Counted from the stretch's first letter, positions 41,445 to 52,631 are shown. The stretch: 64,000 bases of DNA from a virus (IMGVR_UViG_3300046167_000869:1045-65044), one strand, 5' to 3'. The notes: generated from the letters alone by a model not told the origin. Numbers and translations: made by a program.

Positions 41445-42123
41445 GAATTTCATAGGCTTGAAGAGCGCGCGCTTGGCAGTAATGCAAGTGATCGACCGCT
41501 ACATTACAGAGAGCACGCCTGAGATTGATCTGATTGATTTCAATGGGATTGTTTACACAGGGTGTACAGTGATCTCTTTAGGCGGTGGAGACCTCGACAG
41601 GATGAGCACACCCGCGATCAATGCGGAGGTCCTGACGATTCAACAGGGCGCGGGCGCCCCCTACATCATAGGCGTGTTGGGCGAGGATCAGAATTACGTA
41701 GACGGGATCACGCTAGACAGCGCGGGTGAGTATCCCGCCGACCAAATCAGCATTGATCACAACGAGCTCAAGAGCGCAGGCGCGCGGATTATCGCAGGTG
41801 AAAGCGCGCTCTATCTCTCACCACGCGCCAGAGTTCAAGGCGTGCTAGAGGTGAGCTCAGGAGCAACACCGGCGCAGCATATCGCAGTAGCAGAGCCCAC
41901 GATAGAAACCCTAGAGACCTATCAAGCGCGGCTCGATGAGCTCAGAACAGCGGTGCTAAGCCTCCAAACAGCGCTCGCTAGTGTAGTGAGCGCGGCTTCA
42001 CTTGATGTGGTCTCAGGCGCCCCAACAGCACTAAGCGCGGTGAGCTTACCCTCTGATCAGATAGAGACAATCACCCCCCCGTCTGATAGAATAGCCTCAG
42101 AGATCGCGAAGATAGAGAGGTGA
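41437..42123 (+). CDS. Baseplate spike (gpV-like)
   Basis: OB-like N-terminus with PYIIGVL; follows the hub gene. Confidence 0.6.
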   Translation: MIKNFIGLKSARLAVMQVIDRYITESTPEIDLIDFNGIVYTGCTVISLGGGDLDRMSTPAINAEVLTIQQGAGAPYIIGVLGEDQNYVDGITLDSAGEYPADQISIDHNELKSAGARIIAGESALYLSPRARVQGVLEVSSGATPAQHIAVAEPTIETLETYQARLDELRTAVLSLQTALASVVSAASLDVVSGAPTALSAVSLPSDQIETITPPSDRIASEIAKIER

Positions 42124-42127
42124 AAAC

Positions 42128-43708
42128 GTGCCGAGTTCAGGTATAAAAATAGGAGGCGCTTTAGGAGGCGCGCTAGCCGCGCTCGCACGCGTGAACATCC
42201 GCTATCTTGTTGAGTGGCACAGAAACAGCGCACTGTATCGCGCTGTGAGCTTACCACTACCCCCTAACGCGCTCAGCGTATCCGCTCAAGCCCCCAGCCA
42301 AGTGACCTACACGCTCGGCCAACCTATCAGAGAGTTAGGGCGCTATAGACAGCGCACGATAGAACTATCAGGGAGCGCGGGTTATGACGCGCGGCCCAGC
42401 TTCACCGCCACAGGCGCGATCACCTCACAGCTAGGCCCAGCTATCCTGATAGCGTTTTCTCGGTTCCTAGAGGAGTATCAGAGGACAGCGGCCAACGAGG
42501 GCACAGAGTCGCACGAACTCATTTTTAGAGCGCTTGACGAAGAGATTCACCTCAAAGTAGAGGTGGGCACTCTAGCTTTTGAGCGCAACGCAGACAGTTC
42601 TAATCTAGCGCCCGAGTGGTCTCTATCTCTTCAATCCTACGATGATGCGGCGCCGGCGCCTGAAGATGCTTTGTTTGATCTTGAGGGCGCGCTCTCAAGG
42701 GTCACGTCAGCTATTCAGTTCATGGCCGACGGTGTAGCCGTCGCACAGCTTCTCACAGAGGGCTCCAACGCCTATGTGAGACGAGGAATCAGCGGGCCGC
42801 TAATCGCGCTAGATAAGCTCACAAGCGCCGCTAGCGGTACTATGAACGGACTAAGAGAGCTCGCAGACATCCCCGCCGATATCCTGAGACAGATCAGCAA
42901 GACCGCCGGATCATTAAGGAGCGCGGGCGAGCTACTCGTAAACGATTTGATCACCTACGATGATGAGTTTAGCGCGGAATGGTCGCTATTACGAAGCATC
43001 TTTGGCGCAGTAGAAGAGATTGAGATCCAAGCGGAGAGCGTAAGCGCGATCATTCCTCTGCCTGAGCTTGAGACCGCGACCGCGCCGCCCCTAGTGCCTA
43101 GCGCCTCAGAGCCCGTGATAGCGCCGCTTAGAGACCTCATCCCCACGACCGCCTACAGGCTCAGGCTAGGTGAGGATTTACGCACCATAGCCGCGCGTGT
43201 ATTCAGCGACGCGGAGAGGTGGCCTGAGCTCTCAAGGCTCAATGGTTGGCTGAGCGCCGACCGCGACGGGCGAGGACAGCCGCCGCGCGCGGGCTCAGTG
43301 ATACTCATCCCTGATATAATTCAGAGCGGCGCACCAACACAACGCGAGCCCCACGGCGTTGATCTCTTCATTGATCCCGCGACAGGTGATCTTGATCTTG
43401 TCGCTGATGATCTCGCGACGGTCAGAGGATCAAGGAACCTAGAGCAAGCGCTCACTCATCGCCTTCACACGCGCCAGGGAGAGACACCCATCCTGACCGC
43501 GTATGGCCTACCTCTCACTATAGGTGAGCGCGTGACCACGACGAGCGCGGGCTACCTCAGCGCGCATATCAGAGAGCAGTTAGCGCGAGATCTTAGAGTT
43601 GAGAGCGTGAGCGTGATCGAGCTCTCAGATAGGGGCGATCATTTGAGCGCGGCGCTCGAATTTACAGCGCGCGCGGGCGGGCTCATCACATCTCAAGTGA
43701 GGTTATAA
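42128..43708 (+). CDS. Fused tube-initiator / LysM / gp25-like baseplate protein
   Basis: LPLPP..TYTL N-domain; GEDLRTIAARVFSDAERWPELSRLNG (LysM/gpX-like); GDL..VRGSRNLEQAL..RL.T.QGE..YG..DLRVESV (gp25-like). Confidence 0.78.
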   Translation: MPSSGIKIGGALGGALAALARVNIRYLVEWHRNSALYRAVSLPLPPNALSVSAQAPSQVTYTLGQPIRELGRYRQRTIELSGSAGYDARPSFTATGAITSQLGPAILIAFSRFLEEYQRTAANEGTESHELIFRALDEEIHLKVEVGTLAFERNADSSNLAPEWSLSLQSYDDAAPAPEDALFDLEGALSRVTSAIQFMADGVAVAQLLTEGSNAYVRRGISGPLIALDKLTSAASGTMNGLRELADIPADILRQISKTAGSLRSAGELLVNDLITYDDEFSAEWSLLRSIFGAVEEIEIQAESVSAIIPLPELETATAPPLVPSASEPVIAPLRDLIPTTAYRLRLGEDLRTIAARVFSDAERWPELSRLNGWLSADRDGRGQPPRAGSVILIPDIIQSGAPTQREPHGVDLFIDPATGDLDLVADDLATVRGSRNLEQALTHRLHTRQGETPILTAYGLPLTIGERVTTTSAGYLSAHIREQLARDLRVESVSVIELSDRGDHLSAALEFTARAGGLITSQVRL

Positions 43709-43709
43709 A

Positions 43710-45110
43710 ATGGCATACGTTCCCAGAGCGCGCGACGAGTTAGCGCGCATATTTCTTGGCTCGCTTATCTCTCGTAGTGAGCTCACAGACACCGCCCAAG
43801 GGAGCGTTATTGACGTTCTAGCGCAGAGTATGGCGGCGCTTGCATCATCGACAGAGCGCAGGATTGCAGGCGTGAGAGATGCTTTTGATTTCCGCAACGC
43901 GACAGGCGCAGAGCTAGACGAGCGCCTAGCAGAGCTCCCCCCCGGCACCGTGACACGGCTAGAGGCGACCACGGCGAGCGGAAGCCTTGACATTACTTTG
44001 ACCGGCGCGCTTGGCTCAGATCTCACCATCGAAGCGGGCTCAGCCTTCAGCGCCTCGACCGCGCCAGAGGTCTTGTACACCTCAACCGCTGACCTCATTA
44101 TTAGCGCGGGAGATGTGACAGGCTCACTCACAGTTGAAGCATCACTTGAAGGCCGCGCGGGTAACATCGCCGCGCAACGTATAGACACGATAGTGAGCGC
44201 GAGCCCCTCTATCTTATCGTGCGCGAATCCAGCCCCACTGACCAACGGCCAAGAGGCTGAGACAGACACAGCGCTTAAGCGTCGCGCTCTCCTTTACCTC
44301 CAAAGCTTAGCGCGCTCACAGCCACCCGCGCTTGAATTTGCCGCGCTGAGCTATGAGGGCGCGCGTATCACCCTCGCGTCACTTTACGAAGATCCGAGCG
44401 TCGCGGGAATGAGCTATCTCTATATTGATGATGGATCAGGTGAGTTAGGTCTGAGGACCATCACGGGGAGGCGCTACACAGGCACAGCCACCGCGACCGG
44501 CCCCACGATCATTTATCACGACGGCCCCGCCGTGAATACCCTAACGATCACCTACATAGACCCCTTGACGAGCATCACGCGTATGGTGAGCACCGCCGAT
44601 TATGTGAGCGTTCCAGAGCGCGGAGTGATCTATTTAGACGCCGACGCGATCCCTGACACCGCCGCGTGGACACTTGGTGCCTATGAAGTCTTCACCGGCC
44701 CCATAGCAGCCGTTCAGAGAATTATCGAAGGCGACCCCGCGACACCGAACAGCGCGCCCGGATGGAGAGCGGCAGGAACGCGCGTGAGGGTGTACCCCCC
44801 TAGCATCGCAAGGCTCAACGCTGACATCCACCTCACCCCAGAGAGCGGGTATGAGCTGAGCGCGCTCAGCGAGAGCGTAGAGGGAGCGTTGATTGACGCG
44901 CTCAGCGTGTACCGAATAGGAGAGCCCTTATATACCGCTCGACTCACTGAGATGATCATGAGCGTGGACGGTGTGAGAAACATAGCGCTCTACGTCGCCG
45001 GAACGGGCGACGACGCCACGCCCCAAACGCTTGAGGATCTCTACCCCGCAGCTGATAGAGTGATTAGACTAGGCACGCTCGCGATCATCCCGAGCCCCGA
45101 GGAGACCTGA
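43710..45110 (+). CDS. Baseplate J-like wedge protein
   Basis: ATGAELD, GRAGNIAA, NGQEAETD..LKRR, RAAGTRV and VDGV motifs. Confidence 0.9.
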   Translation: MAYVPRARDELARIFLGSLISRSELTDTAQGSVIDVLAQSMAALASSTERRIAGVRDAFDFRNATGAELDERLAELPPGTVTRLEATTASGSLDITLTGALGSDLTIEAGSAFSASTAPEVLYTSTADLIISAGDVTGSLTVEASLEGRAGNIAAQRIDTIVSASPSILSCANPAPLTNGQEAETDTALKRRALLYLQSLARSQPPALEFAALSYEGARITLASLYEDPSVAGMSYLYIDDGSGELGLRTITGRRYTGTATATGPTIIYHDGPAVNTLTITYIDPLTSITRMVSTADYVSVPERGVIYLDADAIPDTAAWTLGAYEVFTGPIAAVQRIIEGDPATPNSAPGWRAAGTRVRVYPPSIARLNADIHLTPESGYELSALSESVEGALIDALSVYRIGEPLYTARLTEMIMSVDGVRNIALYVAGTGDDATPQTLEDLYPAADRVIRLGTLAIIPSPEET

Positions 45111-45112
45111 AA

Positions 45113-46609
45113 ATGGATAGAGTAAAATTCCAACCGTTAGAGCGCGCCGATTTAGAGGACGTAAAAGCGCTCACTGATCTAGCCTATGAATATGATCAAA
45201 GGGCACTCGGGGCGCTTTTAGGCGCCGCAGATCTAAGCGCCTATGACGGCGGGCTATTGAGTGGCCCCGCGCTCACCTACGCTCACGCTACAGGGTTTCT
45301 CACGCTGAGCTCGTGTAGCTACCTAGAGATCACAGCAGGCGGCGCGCCGACAGACGCGAACGGGAACAGTTTAAGCCCAGAGGCGCGCGTGATTAGGTTC
45401 GACTCAAGCGCAAGCTCTCACATTAACAGCCCTGTAGACATCAGCGCGGCGCGCACCGTGGGCACCACCTACACGCTCTACGCTCGATCCATTCAGGTCG
45501 CCGCAGACACAAGCGCGCGGCGCCGTTGGGATGTAGGCAGCTCTCAAGAGGTGAGCTATTCACCCACGACGCGACTTAGGGAGCGTGTGGAGTTCAGCGC
45601 AGGTGTAGCGAGGCCCGCTGAGACCACCGCCGCCGACGTTGGGCAATGGGCGCCTCTGCTCACGTATGAAGTAGACAGCGCCGGAGTTTTGACACATACA
45701 CCGATCAGCGCGCTAGACGTATCAGACGCGCGCGCCATTGCGTTTCTTCAACCGGAAGGAGACGCGGAAACTCTCTCAACCCATCAGTTCTTAAACACCG
45801 CGTCAACGGGCACAGAAAGCCGCGCTTTAGGCTTAAACGGCCTCTTGAGTGTCCTCAAACACATAGCCTACAGAGCCGCTCAAGATGGTTTGAACGACCA
45901 ATTACACACGCCCACAATAAACGCCCGTTGGTATGAGACCCCTCTCATCTCATTAGGCGAAGCCAGCGCAAGAATTGAACGCCTAGAAACTCGCTTAGCC
46001 GGTCTCTCTAGCGTGTTTCCTTTTAGTGTAGAAGTTCAGGTTAGGTTTCTCAGCGGCGCATATACCGAGAGCGTGAGAATCTCACAAAGCACTCAAAGCC
46101 CTTTTACGAATGAGCTCACAGTAGCCTTTGATAACAAATGGCGAACCGCAGGCACGACGCCCGCCGCGTGGACAACGGTAACCACAGACGGCAGCTTAAC
46201 CGGCGGTGATATCATTGAGCGTGTATCACACCCGGTATTCATCTTTGATAGCACGTTTACAGGTGGTGAGCTCTTCATGATTCAAGCTTTCCATACTATC
46301 CATGTTCTACGCGACGGAGCCAACACAACTACGACCCACTCAAGCGCAAGCACAACAGGCGGCTTGATTACGGCACCGGTTGAGATAGGTCTATTAGAAG
46401 AGACTCAGCTCTCAGACGGTAGTTCACCCGCGCCGCGCGCGAGCCTCATCACCTCGCGCTCTTATTTAGACGATAGCTCCACAGAGATCACAGGTGCGAA
46501 CGCTATAAAGGGCGTAGCATCCCTTGACCTTAGCGCTTTGAATCAAGACGTTACAGATAATTTAGGGCTCACGCTCACTCTCAACTATCAGCTATTAGTG
46601 AGGCGATAA
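45113..46609 (+). CDS. Baseplate/tail fibre-associated protein
   Basis: Downstream of baseplate J; beta-rich composition. Confidence 0.6.
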   Translation: MDRVKFQPLERADLEDVKALTDLAYEYDQRALGALLGAADLSAYDGGLLSGPALTYAHATGFLTLSSCSYLEITAGGAPTDANGNSLSPEARVIRFDSSASSHINSPVDISAARTVGTTYTLYARSIQVAADTSARRRWDVGSSQEVSYSPTTRLRERVEFSAGVARPAETTAADVGQWAPLLTYEVDSAGVLTHTPISALDVSDARAIAFLQPEGDAETLSTHQFLNTASTGTESRALGLNGLLSVLKHIAYRAAQDGLNDQLHTPTINARWYETPLISLGEASARIERLETRLAGLSSVFPFSVEVQVRFLSGAYTESVRISQSTQSPFTNELTVAFDNKWRTAGTTPAAWTTVTTDGSLTGGDIIERVSHPVFIFDSTFTGGELFMIQAFHTIHVLRDGANTTTTHSSASTTGGLITAPVEIGLLEETQLSDGSSPAPRASLITSRSYLDDSSTEITGANAIKGVASLDLSALNQDVTDNLGLTLTLNYQLLVRR

Positions 46610-46610
46610 A

Positions 46611-47672
46611 ATGACGATCACAGCGCACGCGGGATGGACCCTAGACCCCGTATCAAACGCAGACCCCACGATCACGCACAGCTTACCTTTAGCGGCTCAA
46701 AGTTATGGCGTGTTTGGTGGCGCGGTAGACAGCGCAGACCCTAGCGCGAGCTTCAGCTTCTCATGGTCGATCCTATTGCCCCGAACGGGCCAGACCGCGA
46801 GTTTATCAAGCGCTGCGATACAAGATCCCACGTTACAGAATGTTAACGATACATGGGGAGACGTGAGACTCTTCTTGGTTGCGACCAACACCGCGACAGC
46901 CGAGACGAGCGACAGCGACCCGCGCACCGCGCCCGCGAGCGCCTTTTGCACGTTGCAGATTGAGAGCGCGGCGAGATCACTTCGCCTTCCCGCGATAGGC
47001 TCAAGAGATTGGTACACCGCGCTAGATGCGATCACATCGACACTAGACACCCTCACCATTAACAACGGTATAGACACCGCGACAGTTAACGTTTCAGGTG
47101 AGCTCATCTTAACGCTTGATGACGGCTCAAGCATAAACGCGGGCTCAGTGGTAGGAGCAGATGGAGCAGATGGAGCGAACGGGGCAGATGGAGCAGATGG
47201 AGCGAACGGGGCAGATGGAGCAGATGGAGCAGATGGAGCAGCAGGACCAAGCGAACACGAGCTCATGTACTCCGCTCATGTGACTCATTGGTACGACCTC
47301 GACAGCACCACCCTTCAGAGCGCGTTCAACCCCGTGAAAGTAGAACCCGTGGTGGGCCCGTGGCGCGTGCCCTATGACTGCACGCTCACTCACATGAGCG
47401 TAGCTGTAAGGAACGCCGGCCCAAACACCAACACCGCAAACTTTAACATTTTCACGACCACTCAAGGAAACTGGAAGCTCGACACGATCACACACAATAC
47501 ACAGACCGTTTCGATTCTCTCGGCTCAAGCTAATATGCCCGCCTCTAATAAGCTCACGTTTAGCCCCGCGATATCGCTGAGCGAGGGTGATTTATTCGGC
47601 GTCGCGATGAGCGCGCCATCACTTGGTGCCATGCACTCACTTAGTGTGAGTATCAAGGCCGAGGAGACCTGA
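46611..47672 (+). CDS. Tail fibre with a collagen-like segment
   Basis: GELILTLDDGSSINAG followed by (GAD/GAN)n triplets. Confidence 0.75.
   Translation: MTITAHAGWTLDPVSNADPTITHSLPLAAQSYGVFGGAVDSADPSASFSFSWSILLPRTGQTASLSSAAIQDPTLQNVNDTWGDVRLFLVATNTATAETSDSDPRTAPASAFCTLQIESAARSLRLPAIGSRDWYTALDAITSTLDTLTINNGIDTATVNVSGELILTLDDGSSINAGSVVGADGADGANGADGADGANGADGADGADGAAGPSEHELMYSAHVTHWYDLDSTTLQSAFNPVKVEPVVGPWRVPYDCTLTHMSVAVRNAGPNTNTANFNIFTTTQGNWKLDTITHNTQTVSILSAQANMPASNKLTFSPAISLSEGDLFGVAMSAPSLGAMHSLSVSIKAEET
47153..47249 (+). repeat. 9-bp collagen-type tandem repeat
   Basis: About 10 ggagcagat/ggagcgaac/ggggcagat units. Confidence 0.9.
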
Positions 47673-47674
47673 TC

Positions 47675-48463
47675 ATGAAAGGCTATGGTGACCCCGAGAG
47701 CGGCGGGTTTGGCTACGGCGACCCTGAGAGCTTAGCAGGCTCAGTTCTAGAGCGCGGCTATGGATCGCCAAATCAAGAGGCGCTCATTTATCTTGAGCTC
47801 CGATCAACGCGCGTCCATCATCGAGGCGGCGCACAAATCCAGCTCACAGGCCCCCTCTCTGATGAGCTCGCGCCCTATCGGTTATCAATGCAGGTTGATG
47901 GCGTCACCACATATCTCTATTCAGGGATCGCAGGCCAAGGCCCCAATCTGATCAAGCGGCGAGGTGATCTTGAGGCGTTCACACCACCGGCGCCGGCGGG
48001 CTCATATGTGCTCACTCTACATTGCGGCCCGAGCTTTCTCACGACCTACACCGTAGGCTCAGCGCTAGTGATAGAGCCTGATAATCGAGGCGCTCAGCGC
48101 TACACAGCGCGCAGTCTACCACCGAGCTTTTACACGACCGGCGCACGCTTCAGCGGCCAGGAGCCGGTGGACCTCGCGACAGTCAAGCCCCCGCGCCCCG
48201 CCCAATTGCACCAGATCGTGGACATCTTCGGGCGCATCTCTCAAGAGCATGCGGGTAGTGCTCAGACAGTGCTAACGCGAGACCACGCGCGAGGCGAGAC
48301 CGCGCTAGAGCTAGAGAGCCTGCTAGGTTTAGGTGAGAGCGGCGCTATATACATTGACGCTCGTCGCTACGCATACACCGTCTCAGGATCTCAGCTCACT
48401 CTGAGCTCAGGTCTCAAGAGCGCACAGCCGGAACTCAGCGAGGTGATTAGCGATGCTCCGTGA
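47675..48463 (+). CDS. Hypothetical baseplate/tail protein
   Basis: GYGDP repeats at the N-terminus; coupled to its neighbours. Confidence 0.6.
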   Translation: MKGYGDPESGGFGYGDPESLAGSVLERGYGSPNQEALIYLELRSTRVHHRGGAQIQLTGPLSDELAPYRLSMQVDGVTTYLYSGIAGQGPNLIKRRGDLEAFTPPAPAGSYVLTLHCGPSFLTTYTVGSALVIEPDNRGAQRYTARSLPPSFYTTGARFSGQEPVDLATVKPPRPAQLHQIVDIFGRISQEHAGSAQTVLTRDHARGETALELESLLGLGESGAIYIDARRYAYTVSGSQLTLSSGLKSAQPELSEVISDAP

Positions 48464-49253
48464 AGACAACCACATTAGAGAGGCCCGCGCAGATACCCAG
48501 ATTCACCGCGCGCCGAGAGATTACCTTGAAACCCTCGCGACGCTTTACGACCTGCCCCTACAGGCGACCGAGACACCACACCTCTCACAGCGCGCGTTTA
48601 TTCACGAGGCGCTGTACAGTGTGCGAGGATCTTACACCGCGCTCATTAATCAGCTCAGCGGCCTTTTCAGGCATCTCATCGAGGAGACCACAGCGACGCT
48701 CACACCGAGCGCCGATCCTTATTTAACATCGTCAGACATCACTAGCGCATGGGGAGAGGAACGCTTAATCAGAGTATCAGGCGCGCTGTATCACTCAACC
48801 CGCTACGACAGCGGCACCGCCAGGCTTTATCTGAGCCCCGCGCGATCACTCGCGATCACGGGCGCGCCTACGAGCGGGAGCGCTCAGAGCGTAGATGTTG
48901 AGCTACTCCCCTTTGTGATCAGAGAGCCCCAACCAGCGCAGATCAAAGCACAACGCGGGCGCACCGTTGAGGCTCAGTGCACTGTGATCATTGACATGAT
49001 ATCTCCTGAGACCGAGATCACCCCGCCTAGCTATTGGCGAGAGAACGCAGACGCGCGCACCAGTGACCCCTTCGGCGCTCACATCCTCGACATCTTCAGC
49101 GCGACAGAGAGCGAGCGCAACGGAGGTCAGCCGCCCTATCCTCTCTATTTCACAGGTGAGGATTTTGGACCCTCGATTCGGTCACTACTCAGCGATCTAT
49201 TAGCCGCAGGCGTTGAGCTCAGAATGAGGCTCAAACGCACGTATAACCCCTAG
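48453..49253 (+). CDS. Baseplate wedge (gpI-like) protein
   Basis: YLETLATLYDL near the N-terminus and LLAAGV at the C-terminus. Confidence 0.55.
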   Translation: MLREDNHIREARADTQIHRAPRDYLETLATLYDLPLQATETPHLSQRAFIHEALYSVRGSYTALINQLSGLFRHLIEETTATLTPSADPYLTSSDITSAWGEERLIRVSGALYHSTRYDSGTARLYLSPARSLAITGAPTSGSAQSVDVELLPFVIREPQPAQIKAQRGRTVEAQCTVIIDMISPETEITPPSYWRENADARTSDPFGAHILDIFSATESERNGGQPPYPLYFTGEDFGPSIRSLLSDLLAAGVELRMRLKRTYNP

Positions 49254-49271
49254 TAAATAAAAGGCTTTATC

Positions 49272-49619
49272 ATGGAGATCAACCCCTCACTCTTACCACT
49301 TGAAACTCTCGCTTGGACAGCGATCAGCGCGTGGGCGCTTGTTGAGTGGTCCAGACCGCTCTTAGACATGTTCAAGGTCTCAGGCCCCCAGCGCGTGTTA
49401 GCTCTCCGCTCAATGGCATTGATAGTGGGCGCGGTCGTGGGCGCGCTCATCCATCCAGAGGTCACAGAAGATGAGAGCCTTGTTTTGTACGGCGCAATCA
49501 TAGGCATGGGCGCCGGCGCGATGAATAGCATTATCGTGAGCATCCTTAAGCGCAAGGTGAGCGCGGCGGTGGGAGCGCCAGAGCTTGAGAAGGGTGATGA
49601 TAATGACACAGCCAATTGA
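49272..49619 (+). CDS. Holin-like membrane protein
   Basis: Three hydrophobic segments and a charged C-terminus. Confidence 0.6.
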   Translation: MEINPSLLPLETLAWTAISAWALVEWSRPLLDMFKVSGPQRVLALRSMALIVGAVVGALIHPEVTEDESLVLYGAIIGMGAGAMNSIIVSILKRKVSAAVGAPELEKGDDNDTAN

Positions 49620-49893
49620 TCAACCCACCGCGTTGGAGTGGTTATGGCGCGGCCTCTCTCTTCTCGCGATCCCCGCGCTAGCGTGGGTTATCAAGCTCTC
49701 TAGTGATCTCGCGCGCGCAGAGTATCAGCGCCGAGACCATGAGCGCCGGATCGAACAGCTAGAGACCGACAGCCGCGAGAACACTAAGGTTTTTGGAGAA
49801 ATCAAGGGGCTGATTATCGAGCTGAAGACCCAAAATAAAACAATGGCTGAAGACATAAGAGAGCTCAAGGCCCAGCTCTCAAAGGTGCCCTAA
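49603..49893 (+). CDS. Single-TM coiled-coil protein (holin/antiholin-like)
   Basis: One TM helix followed by HERRIEQLE..DIRELK coiled coil. Confidence 0.6.
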   Translation: MTQPIDQPTALEWLWRGLSLLAIPALAWVIKLSSDLARAEYQRRDHERRIEQLETDSRENTKVFGEIKGLIIELKTQNKTMAEDIRELKAQLSKVP

Positions 49894-50357
49894 TGGCCGC
49901 GCTCAGGATCATCACAGCGAGTCTTCTGCTCATCCTTATCTCACTTTCCCTGAGAGCGTGCAGCGCACCGCCGCCGCGCCTTCGTGATTCAGAGCCCAGC
50001 TATGAGGGTGAGGATGAGGACGAAGACCCCCGCGCCGTGGTAATGCGTGAGCTACTTGAGCTCAGGACTCAGACCCAGCGGAATCACGCTGAGATCATCT
50101 TTATGCGTCTTGATCTCGACCCCGCCAACGCTCTATTGAATGACGTGAGACCCGTCAGCGCCGCGCAATTCATCCAGCCCCTTACACCACACCCGGCTAC
50201 ACCACGCTTCCGCTTGAATAGGCAGATCAGGGATACAAGGCTGTATCCCCTTGAGCATGAGCCGCGCGAGCTCATCAGCAGCGGAGGGCGCTTTCGACTC
50301 TTCAACCTCACAGATAATCTCATCATGAATAAAGAGCACAGGCTTAGCGCCGAATAG
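49893..50357 (+). CDS. Signal-anchored hypothetical protein (3' extent uncertain)
   Basis: Signal-like N-terminus. The last 225 bp overlap the polymerase on the opposite strand. Confidence 0.4.
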   Translation: MAALRIITASLLLILISLSLRACSAPPPRLRDSEPSYEGEDEDEDPRAVVMRELLELRTQTQRNHAEIIFMRLDLDPANALLNDVRPVSAAQFIQPLTPHPATPRFRLNRQIRDTRLYPLEHEPRELISSGGRFRLFNLTDNLIMNKEHRLSAE

Positions 50358-51996
50358 CGGGCTTTTTGGCTCCATCCACGCGGCGCGCACCACGTCAAAG
50401 AGCGCGCTCTTAGCTCCATCTGCAACGAGTCCTTGGAAATAGGTATTAGCGCCGTCCGTGAACCCCACGCCACCGCGCCTGCGGGCGCTGTGATGTTGGA
50501 TGATATGGCCTACCCTGACACGCTCTTTAACGTGGTCAAAGTAGCGGCGCATCTCGGGCCACCGCGCGAACCATGCGCGTTTCAGCTCCTCGGCCTCATG
50601 CTCTGATATATCGAGTCCATAAGAGCCCCGCGCAAAACCTACCAGACCCTGCGCCCCTAAGCCTCCCGGTAAGCCCAAAGTTTGGCACCTTAGCGAGCTT
50701 ACGCAGTTTGAGAATCTGCTTATCTTTTGAGGCTTTGAGCTCAAGCGCGCGCTCATAAGTCACGCCCGCGAGATCAGCGGCTAGAGCTAAGTGTAGATCT
50801 TGACCTTGTGATATGGCTTCCGCCATTTTAGAGGCTAGTCCTAAATTCAAGCACACTTGAGCGAGCGCGACGAGCTCCGCCGTGGAGTAATCCGCGCCGA
50901 TGTAAACGCACCCTTCACGCGGTCTAAAGCACTCGCGCACACCACCCTCTTGAGGGAGCTGCTGTAGGTTGGGCTTAGTACAGCTCGTACGACCGGTCCG
51001 CACTAACACATTCCAACGTGGGTTAAGCGGGCGCTCTGTCGCGCTCTGAATTACAGGGCCGAATGTGCCTGATAACTTGTCTAGTTTCAGCCACTTAGCG
51101 AGGCTCTCTAAGATAGGCTCGCCGCTCTCCTCCAATACCTCACCGGATGTTTGAATAGCGCCTTTCTCGGTTCGCGGTGTGGCGTCTCCATAGCTCGCTT
51201 CAATTACCGCCTTAATCGCGCTCATGTTGCGTTTACCACCCTCTTTGAGCAGCCCAAAATCTACAAGCTCACGCTCAAGTTTAGCGCGCTTTGTAGTGAG
51301 CTCATCACGCCACGTCTCGACGCTCTCCGCGCTTGTCCTGAGCCCCCATAGCTCCAGATGATGGAGAGCCCACGCGGCGCGCGTCTGAGTGTGGAAGCTC
51401 GCGAGATAGCGATAAGGCGCGCGCGTGATGTGCTCCACGTCCATGAGCCGCGCTTGTTGGGCCTCGAAGATCTCATGAGTGATCCGCGCGTCTTCGAGCG
51501 CGTAATCTCTCGCCTCTGCTGACCATTGATCTAGCGGCGTGTCTAAGAGCTTTCCGTAGGAGTAGCGCGGTGAATTTGGGTCTAGTTTCTGAGAGCTGAG
51601 ATCAAGACCTAGGAGACCTCGCGCGAGCTGAGCGAGGCTCACCCCTTGGGATATGATAGGGCGCCCTATCTCGGGATGCTGAGACCATCCGTGATAGAGA
51701 GCCACTAAGCGCTCATGAATGCCTGTATCCCATATTCGCCCCTGATCATATAACCGCCATATACTCGCGGCTAAAGTGGGCCGGTGACGTATGACCACGG
51801 CCAAGTCAAATGCGATGTTATGACCGATGAGCCAACCTTGATCTAAGCGTATCCATCGCTGTAATAAATCGCATCCTTCATCTGGATTTAAGAGCTGGTG
51901 TGCCTGTCCATCACTCGCGCTCATGCACGCCATTAAGGGTGCCTTGCGCCCCTGCCCTATAAGCTCGGTCTCACAGTCTATCGTTAAATTTTTCAT
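50133..51996 (-). CDS. polA: Family A DNA polymerase with 3'-5' exonuclease (indel near 50670)
   Basis: IDCET, GHNIAFD, YALED, TGRTS..PNLQQLP, motif A ADYSTAE, motif B RKLAKVPNFG, NTYFQG and motif C IHDE. Confidence 0.93.
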
Positions 51997-52083
51997 GGTT
52001 CCACCGTTGGCGCGCGCGGCGCCTTTTGATGTGTTGCTAGGAGCTGTCTCTGTTCGGGGCCTTCAATGCGGCGGGCGGGGCTG

Positions 52084-52602
52084 TTAGCTACGCGCGGCGC
52101 TCCAATGGCATTTCGTAAACTCGTTACCGCTGCGCGTGAGGATCTGCTCAGAGCGTAAGTGAACGCGCTTTCCTCGTGCTGGCTGTGACGGGCCTGTGAG
52201 CTCTTCCATGATCTCGCGCCCAAATGAGCGCGGGTCTCCTTGTGGATTCAAGCCGCAGACGAACGCCTTGATGTTTTGGAGATAGGGCCGTTCATCGGCT
52301 TTCGCTACCCAATCATAACGCGCGGGCTCAGCTTCGAGCGTCTGAATCGTCGCGATAAAGATAGGGCGGTTATTATTTTTGATGCTCTGGATCACTTTTA
52401 ATTCGATGACCTCAACGTCACAATCAAGGCCGGCGGGAACATATCCGTTACGTTGTGGCGACGTGTCGATCTCCTCGAAGTTGTCCCATATCGAGCCGCC
52501 TTGCGTTTGCTGCTGTGGTGCGTTCCCCCACGCGTTAGGCGTCGCGTTAGGCGCCGTTTTTGGGGTGTTATCCCATGTGTTGTTATTCCATTCATTTGTC
52601 AT
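52084..52602 (-). CDS. Putative single-stranded DNA-binding protein (OB-like)
   Basis: Low-complexity N-terminus, beta-rich core, located between nuclease and polymerase. Confidence 0.5.
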   Translation of the reverse strand: MTNEWNNNTWDNTPKTAPNATPNAWGNAPQQQTQGGSIWDNFEEIDTSPQRNGYVPAGLDCDVEVIELKVIQSIKNNNRPIFIATIQTLEAEPARYDWVAKADERPYLQNIKAFVCGLNPQGDPRSFGREIMEELTGPSQPARGKRVHLRSEQILTRSGNEFTKCHWSAARS

Positions 52603-52631
52603 TTTATTTAGCCTTTTCAGGTGTTTATGTT

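Noticed and set aside
50133-50357. Genuine 225-bp antisense overlap between the 49893 ORF and polA
   Set aside because: Given the indel rate, the + ORF probably ends near 50140; this cannot be supported without polishing.
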